NCBI GenBank assembly: GCA_016871675.1
Contig: VHCN01000011.1
Coordinates: forward strand, 5,413-69,412
Length of the DNA stretch: 64,000 nt
DNA from: Verrucomicrobiota bacterium
Lineage (GTDB): Bacteria > Verrucomicrobiota > Verrucomicrobiia > Limisphaerales > VHCN01
Direction: 5' to 3'
The notes beneath the pieces are model-generated. The model was not told the origin of the DNA. It ran no database searches and saw only the letters and a program-made list of their open reading frames with translations. Positions 56,719-64,000 of the stretch are shown here, piece after piece. A program made the position numbers and the translations under genes. The first letter of the stretch is position 1, and every line of letters starts with the position of its first letter.

Positions 56719-57774
56719 ATGATCGCCGGCTGCAAACTGTCGTTCAAGGGTTCGCTCTGCGTCGGAATATTGTTGGTGCAATATCTAGGCGTCGGCTTCG
56801 GAGCGGACGTCGATCCACCGAGGGACGGCTACAAGACCCTCTTCTTCAACGAGCCGTGGGTGGCAAGCATTGACCCGCGTGCAGTGAAGTGGACTGCGGA
56901 CCGCGAACGAAGAAACTCTCAACTCACCAAAGCGTGGTCCAAACCTGCAACCGAGGACGTAGATGGAAATTGGGGGTTTGAGAATGCCGGCTATCAGGTT
57001 TCGCTTCGATTTACCAAAGAGACATTCTCTAGTGAGGAACCTATCGTCGGATTCGCACTCGTCCGAAACCTCAACAATCATGCAGTCCGCGTCCCCACTC
57101 GGAACGCCTTCATTGACTTCGAATTCACAGCTGTAGACGCAAATAAGCGCACTGTGACAGAGCGCGCCGAGACGACGGCGCTCCGAAACCGTCAGATCGG
57201 GAGAGTAGGCGCCACGAAACTGGAGCCGTTTGAACAGGTCGCCTACGAATTTGACCTGCGGAGGGGGTTCGACTTGACCGTCCCGGGCCAATATTTCGTC
57301 TCCGCGTCCCGTCGGGTGGCAACCACGAATCACGAGCCGGTCGTCCTGCGCACCAGTGCCGCAATGTTCCGCATCACAGAGGCCAAAGCTGATGGCGCGA
57401 CGCGCGCGCCTGAATTCACCCCTTCAGACCTGATTAGAGAAGCTGGGACGAACGCTCCGGCTAACGTCGACCCCTACGGCGGACACCTCCCGAGGATACT
57501 TGAAGCTATCGATCGGCAAAGGGCTTTCACCCAGTATGCTCGCGATCTTCGGAGTAATCGCTTGGCAGCAACCTCGGGTCCGAGTGCGAAACCTGCGCCT
57601 GAACCAATCCTCGCTGTAGCGGCAGAGGTGAGCGGAGATTCTGATCGAGGCCGTTTCCCAGCCGTTCCTGTATTAGTTGCGATTGCCATCGGATTGGGTC
57701 TGGTGCTTTTCACGGTTTTGCGCGCAATGCGGCGTCAAAGACACCACGCTTCAAACGGTAATCTCGACGAATGA
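56719..57774 (+). CDS. hypothetical type-I membrane protein, low-GC cassette gene 2
   Basis: Starts 6 nt after gene 1. N-terminal signal, a beta-rich ectodomain, a C-terminal TM (FPAVPVLVAIAIGLGLVLFTVL) and a basic tail. No family recognised. Confidence 0.6.
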   Translation: MIAGCKLSFKGSLCVGILLVQYLGVGFGADVDPPRDGYKTLFFNEPWVASIDPRAVKWTADRERRNSQLTKAWSKPATEDVDGNWGFENAGYQVSLRFTKETFSSEEPIVGFALVRNLNNHAVRVPTRNAFIDFEFTAVDANKRTVTERAETTALRNRQIGRVGATKLEPFEQVAYEFDLRRGFDLTVPGQYFVSASRRVATTNHEPVVLRTSAAMFRITEAKADGATRAPEFTPSDLIREAGTNAPANVDPYGGHLPRILEAIDRQRAFTQYARDLRSNRLAATSGPSAKPAPEPILAVAAEVSGDSDRGRFPAVPVLVAIAIGLGLVLFTVLRAMRRQRHHASNGNLDE

Positions 57775-57944
57775 GATCGGGCACGGGGCGCTCGCCTTTT
57801 CGTTGCCGGTCGTCGTCTTGACCACCACCACCAGCGACACGCTGCTTCCGGGTTGAGTGAGCCCGAAGGTGCTGATGAACTCCCGAGGCGCGTTCGGCGC
57901 GTTGTTCGCGATCACGACCGCGTCCCCGGAAAGGGGTGGCACCC

Positions 57945-58001
57945 ATGACTCATTCCGATGCCAGAATCCTGCTGGTGGACGACGGCCCGTCGCGCCTTTG
58001 A
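57945..58001 (+). pseudogene. 18-codon remnant of a response-regulator N-terminus
   Basis: ATG ACT CAT TCC GAT GCC AGA ATC CTG CTG GTG GAC GAC GGC... translates to MTHSDARILLVDDGPSRL*, a typical REC beta1/acidic pocket followed by a stop. Confidence 0.4.
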
Positions 58002-58033
58002 CTTCGCGCGGCCTGCGGACTAGCGTTCCGCGC

Positions 58034-58519
58034 ATGGAAGCCTTGCACGCGCCGTGGCGCATCCAATACATCCTCGCGCCGAAAGACGCCGCGGCGCAGG
58101 ACTCCCTTTTCGCGCGCCTCGCGGCGTCAAGCGACGACCTGGCAAACCTCGTCATCGTCCGCGACCGCACGTGCTTTGCGGTGCTCAACCGTTATCCCTA
58201 CAACGGCGGCCACGTGATGGTCGTGCCCTACAAGCAGGTGCCCGACTTCAACGGCCTGACCGACGGCGAGCTTGCCGACCTCTGGCTGCTCGCGCGCCGG
58301 TGTCAGAACGCGCTCGCGCGCGTGATGAAGCCGGACGGATTCAACATCGGCGTCAATCTCGGAACCTGCGCCGGCGCCGGCATCGCCGCGCATCTGCACG
58401 TCCACATCGTGCCCCGGTGGAACGGCGACACGAACTTCATGCCCGTGCTCGGCCAGACCAGCGTCGTGCCGCAGGCGCTCGAGGAACTTGCCGGCCAACT
58501 CCGCTTCGCACTTGCATGA
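58034..58519 (+). CDS. HIT family hydrolase
   Basis: Internal ATG. VLNRYPYNGGHVMVVP and the histidine triad AHLHVHIVPR. Confidence 0.85.
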   Translation: MEALHAPWRIQYILAPKDAAAQDSLFARLAASSDDLANLVIVRDRTCFAVLNRYPYNGGHVMVVPYKQVPDFNGLTDGELADLWLLARRCQNALARVMKPDGFNIGVNLGTCAGAGIAAHLHVHIVPRWNGDTNFMPVLGQTSVVPQALEELAGQLRFALA

Positions 58520-58594
58520 CCGAGATTCCAAATCCCGCCCGCAAGGGCTATCCGGTTCATTCCACACTCCGCACTCCGCGCTTTGCATTCCCCC

Positions 58595-59560
58595 ATGCCC
58601 ACTGAGACCCTCCATTACGAAAACGCGCGGCAGGCGCAGCAGCTCTTCAATCACGACGCGAAAAATCTCAAGTCCATCGAGAACGAACTCGGCGTGAAGG
58701 CCACGGCGCGCGAGGGCTGGATCAGCCTCGAAGGCGCGGAGGAATCGGTGCTCCGCGCCAAGCAGCTCTTCATGCACCTCGAGCACGCGCTGCTCTCCGG
58801 CGCGCCCGTCGGCAACCGCGAGTTCGCCGCCGCGCTCCACGTCGTGAAGCACGACGGCATCGCCGCGCTCAGGAGCCTGCACGACGACAAGATCCTCACC
58901 TCGGCGCGAAAGGCGCAAGTCGCCCCGAAGACCGTCGGTCAGAAACAGTATCTCGCCGCGATCAAGGCACACGACATCACGTTCGGCGTCGGTCCCGCGG
59001 GCACGGGCAAGACCTACCTCGCCATGGCGATGGCCGTCTCCGCGCTCCGCGAGGGCAAGGCGTCGCGCATCATCCTGACACGCCCCGCGGTCGAGGCAGG
59101 CGAGGCGCTCGGGTTTCTTCCCGGCGACTTGCAGGAGAAACTCACGCCGTATCTCCGCCCGCTGCACGACGCGCTGCACGACATGCTTCCCGCCGAGGAA
59201 ATCCAGAAACACATGGAGCGGGCCACCATCGAAATCGCGCCGCTCGCCTACATGCGCGGCCGCACGCTCAACCACGCGTTCATCATCTTCGACGAGGCGC
59301 AAAACTCCACCGCCGAGCAGATGCTCATGTTTCTCACCCGTCTCGGCCACTCGTCCAAGGCCGTCATCACCGGCGACCCGACGCAAATCGACCTGCCCGG
59401 CCACAAGCACTCCGGCCTCCTCGAGGCCCTCCGCGCGTTGCGCGCCATCGACGGCATCCGCATCGTTGAGTTCCAGAAGCGCGATGTCGTCCGCCACCCG
59501 CTCGTGCAGCGCATCATCGCCGCTTACGAGGAACATCGCGGCGGGGCGCCCAAAGCCTGA
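58595..59560 (+). CDS. phoH: PhoH family ATPase
   Basis: GPAGTGKTYLAMA, ILTRPAVEAGE.LGFLPGD, FIIFDEAQN. The ORF-track TTG 58583 would add 4 aa. Confidence 0.92.
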   Translation: MPTETLHYENARQAQQLFNHDAKNLKSIENELGVKATAREGWISLEGAEESVLRAKQLFMHLEHALLSGAPVGNREFAAALHVVKHDGIAALRSLHDDKILTSARKAQVAPKTVGQKQYLAAIKAHDITFGVGPAGTGKTYLAMAMAVSALREGKASRIILTRPAVEAGEALGFLPGDLQEKLTPYLRPLHDALHDMLPAEEIQKHMERATIEIAPLAYMRGRTLNHAFIIFDEAQNSTAEQMLMFLTRLGHSSKAVITGDPTQIDLPGHKHSGLLEALRALRAIDGIRIVEFQKRDVVRHPLVQRIIAAYEEHRGGAPKA

Positions 59561-59580
59561 CCCGCGCCGCGCCCCGTGGA

Positions 59581-60081
59581 ATGAGCGCCACCTTGCCTTC
59601 CGAATCGTCGCGCGCCGCGTTCGCCATCCTCAACCGCCAGCGCCTCCGGCGTGTGGACACCCGCCTGCTTCGCCGGGTCGTCCGCGCGCTGCTTCACGAT
59701 CTCGCGCAGTGTCGTGACTACGAGTTGGCCATCCACCTCGTCGGCGCCGTCGAGATGGCGCGCGTCAATGAACGATTCCTCCGGCACACGGGCTCGACGG
59801 ATGTCATCACCTTCGAACACCCCGGTTCGCGTCCCGCGGCGTTGCGCGGCGAACTCTTCATCTGCCTCGCCGATGCGATCGCGCAGGCGCGTGTGTTCCG
59901 CACCTCGTGGCAATCCGAGCTCGTCCGCTACATCGCCCACGGCATCCTGCACCTGCGCGGCTTCGACGACCACTCCGCGACCGGCCGGCGCCGGATGAAG
60001 CGCGAGGAAAACCGCCTCGTGCGCGAACTTTCGCGCCGCTTCCCATTCGCCGCACTCGCAAGACCGACCGCGACATCGTGA
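59581..60081 (+). CDS. ybeY: rRNA maturation endoribonuclease YbeY
   Basis: HGILHLRGFDDH zinc motif. Confidence 0.9.
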   Translation: MSATLPSESSRAAFAILNRQRLRRVDTRLLRRVVRALLHDLAQCRDYELAIHLVGAVEMARVNERFLRHTGSTDVITFEHPGSRPAALRGELFICLADAIAQARVFRTSWQSELVRYIAHGILHLRGFDDHSATGRRRMKREENRLVRELSRRFPFAALARPTATS

Positions 60082-60725
60082 GCTCCGAAACCGCCACCGG
60101 CCTGATCCTTCGCACGCGCCCGCTCACCGAGACGAGCCTCATCGTGCACTGGCTCACGACCGCGCAGGGCCGGGTGGCGACGGTTGCAAAGGGGGCGCGC
60201 CGGCCGAAATCCACCTTCCGCGGCAAGCTCGACCTGTTCTATCTCGCGGACTTCAGCTTCGCGCGCAGCCGGCGGTCCGAGTTGCACACGCTGCGCGAGG
60301 TGAGCCTGCGCGACACGCACCCGCACCTTCGCGAAAACCTGCACATTCTCCAGCAAGCCGCCTACTGCGCCGCGCTCATCGAGCAGACCACGGAGATGGA
60401 CACGCCGCTGCCCGGGTGTTTCGACCTGATGCAGGGGTTCGTCGCGGAACTGGACCGCGTCGCCCCGCAACCCCGCACGGTGCTCGCGTTCGAGTTGAAA
60501 CTCCTCGACCTGCTCGGCCTCAAGCCCGCCGCGGCCGAGTCGAGCCTCTCCGCCGGAAGCCGGCTCATCCTCGAGCGCCTCGCGCGCGACGACTGGCCCG
60601 CGCTCTCGCCCCTGAAACTGTCAGCCGCGCAGGTTCACGAACTGCGCCAATTCCTCCACGGGTTCCTGATCTACCACCTCGGCAAGTTCCCCGCCGGCCG
60701 CGCCGCGGCACTCGCGGACGGTTGA
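60078..60725 (+). CDS. recO: DNA repair protein RecO
   Basis: A GTG start overlaps the ybeY stop (GTGA). GLILRTRPLTETSLIVHWLT...GRV..VAKGARR OB-fold N-terminus. Lies in phoH-ybeY-recO synteny. Confidence 0.8.
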   Translation: MSSETATGLILRTRPLTETSLIVHWLTTAQGRVATVAKGARRPKSTFRGKLDLFYLADFSFARSRRSELHTLREVSLRDTHPHLRENLHILQQAAYCAALIEQTTEMDTPLPGCFDLMQGFVAELDRVAPQPRTVLAFELKLLDLLGLKPAAAESSLSAGSRLILERLARDDWPALSPLKLSAAQVHELRQFLHGFLIYHLGKFPAGRAAALADG

Positions 60726-60819
60726 GGCGCTCCTGGAAATGCCAGACCCGGCAATTAGTCTCGCCAAATCCGCGGGTGACGAATCAAATCCACGACCGAC
60801 ACGCTCCCAACGTCCCGCC

Positions 60820-63800
60820 ATGCGCACGCCTGCCCGACTCCTCCTGCTGGCCGCCGGGGCGCTAGTCTGCGCGCCCTGCTTCGCCCCTGCCGCGCCCGCG
60901 CCCGTGCCCGTGGGTGTCGCGAAGGTCGACATCACGCCGGACTTTCCCGTGCGGCTCAGCGGCTATGGCAACCGGCGCACGGAGTCGGACGGCGTCGAGC
61001 AGCGCATTTTTGTGAAGGCGCTCGTCATCGGCTCCGACGCGGACGGCCCCGCGCTGCTGCTCACCGTGGACAACTGCGGCGTGCCCGGCTCGATGCGCGA
61101 GGAACTCATCCGCCGCCTCGCCACGAAATCGAAGGTCACCGCCGGACACGTCGCCATCTGCTCCTCGCACACGCACTCCGCGCCGATGCTCGCGGGTGTG
61201 CTGCCGAACTTGTTCAGCATGGACATCCCGGCCGGGCACCGACCGAACCTCGAGCGCTACACGCGCGAGCTTGCCGACAAGCTCGAACAAGCCGCGCTCG
61301 CCGCGCTGAATGCCCGCGAACCGGCGCAGCTCGCGTTCGCGCAGGGCAAGGCCGGCTTCGCGAAGAACCGCCGCAATCCGGCCGGGCCCGTGGACCACGA
61401 CGTGCCGTTGCTCCGCGTGACCTCGCCCGACGGCAGGCTCCGCGCCGTGCTCGCGAACTACGCCTGCCACTGCACGACGCTCGGCGGCGACTTCAACAAA
61501 GTCTGCGGCGACTGGGCTTCCTTCGCCGGCGACTTCATTGAGCGCGACCATCCCGGCGCGACCGCGCTCATTGCGATCGGTTGCGGCGCGGACTCGAATC
61601 CGCAGCCACGCGGCACGCTCGACCTCGCGACGCAACACGGCGCGGAACTCGCCGCCGAGGTGAAGCGCCTCCTGGCCGGGAACTTCAAGCCCGTCGGCGG
61701 CCGCGTCACCGCGCGCACGAAGCGCATCGAGCTGCCCTTCGCGCCACTGCCCACGCGCGCCGAATGGGAGGCGCTCGCCGCGGGAAAGGCCGCGCCCGCC
61801 GCGTATCACGCGAAGCAGAACCTCGCGCGCCTCGACCGCGGCGAAAAGATTCCCACGCACCTGCCGTATCTCGTCGCCGCGTGGAGCTTCGGCGGCGACC
61901 TCGCGATGGTCTTCCTGCCCGGCGAGGTCGTGGTGGATTATTCGCTGCGGCTCAAGGAGGAGTTCGACCCGCGCCGCCTGTGGGTGAACGGCTACGCGAA
62001 CGACGTGCCGTGCTACATCCCGTCCCGGCGCGTGCTCACCGAAGGCGGCTACGAGGGCGGCGGCGCGATGGTCTATTACGACCGGCCGACCCGCTTCGCG
62101 CCCGGGGTCGAGGACCTCATCATCGGCGCGGTGCGCGAGCTGGTGCCGGAGGAATTCCTGCTCACGGCGAAACAAGCCGAGTTCCCGCCGCCGCGCACCG
62201 CGGGCGAATCGCTCGGCTACTTCAAGACCAAGCCCGGCCTCGACATCGAGCTTGTCGCAGCCGAACCGCTCGTGCTCGACCCCGTGGCGATTGACTGGGG
62301 CACGGACGGCAAGCTTTGGGTCGTCGAGATGCGCGACTATCCGATGGGCATGGACGGCCACTGGAAACCCGGCGGCCGCGTGCGCCTGCTCGAATCCACG
62401 AAAGGCGACGGCCGCTTCGACAAGGCGACCGTGTTCCTCGACGGCCTGCCGTTCCCGACCGGTATCACCGCGTGGGGCAAGGGCGTGCTCGTCTGCGCCG
62501 CGCCGGACATTATCTTCGCCGAGGACACCAACGGCGACGGCGTCGCCGACCGCGTCGAGAAAGTGTTCACCGGTTTCATCACGGACAATTATCAGGCGCG
62601 CGTGAACTCGCTCAGCCTCGGGCTCGATAATTGGATCTACGGCGCGAACGGATCGCGCGGCGGCGTGATCGTCGGCACGGCTTCGAGCCACGCGTTCACC
62701 GGCAGGCCCGCCACCGCAAGCGTGGACATCCGCGGCCGCGACTTCCGCGTCAATCCGTTCACCGGCGTGTTCGAGCCCGTCAGCGGCCTGACGCAGCAGG
62801 GCCGCGTGCGCGACGATTTCGGAAACTGGTTCGGCTGCAACAACAGCCAGCTGCTGCTGAACTTCCCGCTCGCCGACCACTACATCCGCCGGAACCCGCT
62901 CGTGCCCGCGCCGAATCCGGCCGTCAGTGTCCCCTACTACAACGACTCCGACCGCCTCTACCCCATCAGCCGCCTGCTCGCGCGCTTCAACAATCCCGAC
63001 TCAGCCAACCGCACCACGAGCGCATGCGGCCTCGGGCTGTATCGCGACGACCTGCTCGGCTCGACCTTTTCCGGCAATGCCTTCATCTGCGAGCCGGTGC
63101 ATAACCTGGTCCACCGTCTCCGCCTCGAACCGGCGGGCACGACGTGGAGCGGTTTCCGCGCGGACGACGAGAAGGCGTCCGAGTTCCTCGCCTCGCGCGA
63201 CAACTGGTTCCGTCCCGCGCAAGTCCGCACCGGACCCGATGGTGCGCTGTGGATCGTGGACATGTATCGCTACCTCATCGAGCACCCGCGCTGGGTTCCT
63301 CCCGGGCGCATGGCGGAGATTGACGCCCGCGCCGGCGCCGACGCGGGCCGCATCTATCGCATCGTGCCACGCGGGAAGAAACTGCGCCCCGTCGTGGACC
63401 TCACGAGGCTCGCGACGCCGCAACTCGTCGCCGCGCTCGACACGCCCAACGGCACGACGCGCGACCTCGTGCATCAGCAACTGTTGCTGCGCCGCGATGC
63501 CGCCGCCGTCTCGCCCCTCGAAGAACTCATCGGCCGCACCCCAAACCCCGCCGTGCAGGTGCAGGGCCTCGCCATCCTCGACGGGCTCGGCGAACTCTCG
63601 CGCGACCTGCTCGGCAAGGCGCTCGGCGCGGCCGACCCGCGCGTCCGCCGCGAAGCCGTCCGCCTCGCCGAGCCGCAGCGCATGAAGTCGCCGCCCGTCA
63701 TTGCCGCGCTGTTGCGGCTCGTGGACGATCCCGACCCCGGCGTGCGCTTCCAACTCGCGCTGAGCCTCGGCGAATGGGACGACGACCGCGCCGCCGCCGC

Positions 63801-64000
63801 GCTTGGCCGCCTTGCGAAACAGAGCTTCGACGACGGCTGGTTGCGCGCGGCGCTGGTGACATCGGCCACACGCGACCCATTCGCGGTGATGAAGTCTGTC
63901 ATCGAGGAGAAGTCCACCACACCCGCGCGCAACGAACTGCTCGCGCAGCTCACATCCACGGCCGCCGGCTCCATCGGCTCGTCGCCGGAACGCACGAAAC
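60820..64000 (+). CDS. large exported fusion protein: neutral/alkaline-ceramidase-like N-domain + PVC-type membrane-bound-dehydrogenase beta-propeller + HEAT repeats (3' end outside window)
   Basis: Not in the ORF track (no stop within the window). I translated by hand from ATG 60820 and around 62221, and read further residues downstream to the window end. No plus-strand track ORF occupies this frame from 60820 onward, which fits an unbroken frame. Segments: MRTPARLLLLAAGALVCAPCFA signal; VGVAKVDITPDFPVRLSGYGNR...SSHTHSAP; FKTKPGLDIELVAAEPLVLDPVAIDWGTDGKLWVVEM.DYP; ...DPRVRREAVRLA...DPDPGVRFQLALSLGE. Confidence 0.8.
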   Translation, partial: MRTPARLLLLAAGALVCAPCFAPAAPAPVPVGVAKVDITPDFPVRLSGYGNRRTESDGVEQRIFVKALVIGSDADGPALLLTVDNCGVPGSMREELIRRLATKSKVTAGHVAICSSHTHSAPMLAGVLPNLFSMDIPAGHRPNLERYTRELADKLEQAALAALNAREPAQLAFAQGKAGFAKNRRNPAGPVDHDVPLLRVTSPDGRLRAVLANYACHCTTLGGDFNKVCGDWASFAGDFIERDHPGATALIAIGCGADSNPQPRGTLDLATQHGAELAAEVKRLLAGNFKPVGGRVTARTKRIELPFAPLPTRAEWEALAAGKAAPAAYHAKQNLARLDRGEKIPTHLPYLVAAWSFGGDLAMVFLPGEVVVDYSLRLKEEFDPRRLWVNGYANDVPCYIPSRRVLTEGGYEGGGAMVYYDRPTRFAPGVEDLIIGAVRELVPEEFLLTAKQAEFPPPRTAGESLGYFKTKPGLDIELVAAEPLVLDPVAIDWGTDGKLWVVEMRDYPMGMDGHWKPGGRVRLLESTKGDGRFDKATVFLDGLPFPTGITAWGKGVLVCAAPDIIFAEDTNGDGVADRVEKVFTGFITDNYQARVNSLSLGLDNWIYGANGSRGGVIVGTASSHAFTGRPATASVDIRGRDFRVNPFTGVFEPVSGLTQQGRVRDDFGNWFGCNNSQLLLNFPLADHYIRRNPLVPAPNPAVSVPYYNDSDRLYPISRLLARFNNPDSANRTTSACGLGLYRDDLLGSTFSGNAFICEPVHNLVHRLRLEPAGTTWSGFRADDEKASEFLASRDNWFRPAQVRTGPDGALWIVDMYRYLIEHPRWVPPGRMAEIDARAGADAGRIYRIVPRGKKLRPVVDLTRLATPQLVAALDTPNGTTRDLVHQQLLLRRDAAAVSPLEELIGRTPNPAVQVQGLAILDGLGELSRDLLGKALGAADPRVRREAVRLAEPQRMKSPPVIAALLRLVDDPDPGVRFQLALSLGEWDDDRAAAALGRLAKQSFDDGWLRAALVTSATRDPFAVMKSVIEEKSTTPARNELLAQLTSTAAGSIGSSPERTK

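Noticed and set aside
60862-62880. 672-aa minus-strand ORF near the right edge
   Set aside because: It is antisense to the plus-strand 60820-> ORF, which has clear signal peptide, ceramidase-like and propeller motifs. The minus-strand product is low-complexity (RGA-rich).
1-64000. CRISPR arrays, rRNA genes, riboswitches, intact transposases/integrases, toxin-antitoxin or defence-type cassettes
   Set aside because: I looked for regularly spaced 25-40-nt direct repeats, rRNA-like conserved blocks and nuclease/ATPase/methylase gene combinations and found none. The only RNA gene supported is tRNA-Arg.

Overview
64-kb chromosomal segment at roughly two-thirds GC. The gene content points to the PVC superphylum, most likely Verrucomicrobiota: a DUF1501 + DUF1549/DUF1553 pair, a PVC-type membrane-bound-dehydrogenase/HEAT protein, and an FtsZ-containing dcw cluster with a MurC-MurB fusion. 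Layout: (1) 1-6.9 kb: end of a urea ABC transporter (urtD, urtE) and a urease cluster ureD-ureAB(fused)-ureC-ureF-ureG with no ureE. (2) 6.9-7.5 kb: an IS21-family istB remnant abutting tRNA-Arg(ACG). (3) 7.6-13.9 kb: a D-TA-type PLP enzyme with two tandem RidA paralogues, DUF4912, a CbiX-like chelatase, gpsA-plsY and a cupin. (4) 13.9-35.4 kb: a complete minus-strand dcw cluster, mraZ-orf194-rsmH-ftsL-ftsI-murE-SIMPL-murF-mraY-murD-LysM-ftsW-murG-murC/murB-ddl-ftsQ-ftsA-ftsZ. (5) 35.7-50.7 kb: queA, a RibD-C-like reductase, glcD-like/degenerate receiver/PduO-type adenosyltransferase, DUF1501, DUF1549/1553, a Gfo/Idh/MocA oxidoreductase, dtd, and an exported amidase-sulfatase-dipeptidase trio. 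(6) 50.8-54.9 kb: a soluble GAF-4xPAS-HK-REC-REC-HPt hybrid kinase. (7) 55.0-58.0 kb: a low-GC two-gene secreted/membrane cassette followed by gene debris. (8) HIT, phoH-ybeY-recO. (9) From 60820, a >1060-codon plus-strand ORF runs off the window; it has no stop codon in the window and is missing from the supplied ORF track. Most long track ORFs lying opposite these genes are high-GC antisense artefacts. I found no CRISPR array, rRNA, intact transposase or integrase, or recognisable defence or toxin cassette. Nothing here can be claimed as a demonstrated novel system. The best leads are: the low-GC cassette with a poly-C tract that separates an SD-led ATG from the long ORF; non-canonical genes wedged into the dcw operon by translational coupling (SIMPL, LysM lipoprotein, orf194); several families of palindromic or heptamer-repeat elements sitting inside operons and directly on start codons; and the unlisted ceramidase-like/PVC-dehydrogenase fusion ORF. 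Start codons were chosen from ORF-track arithmetic and sequence context. Coordinates of small elements read by eye may be off by 1-2 nt.
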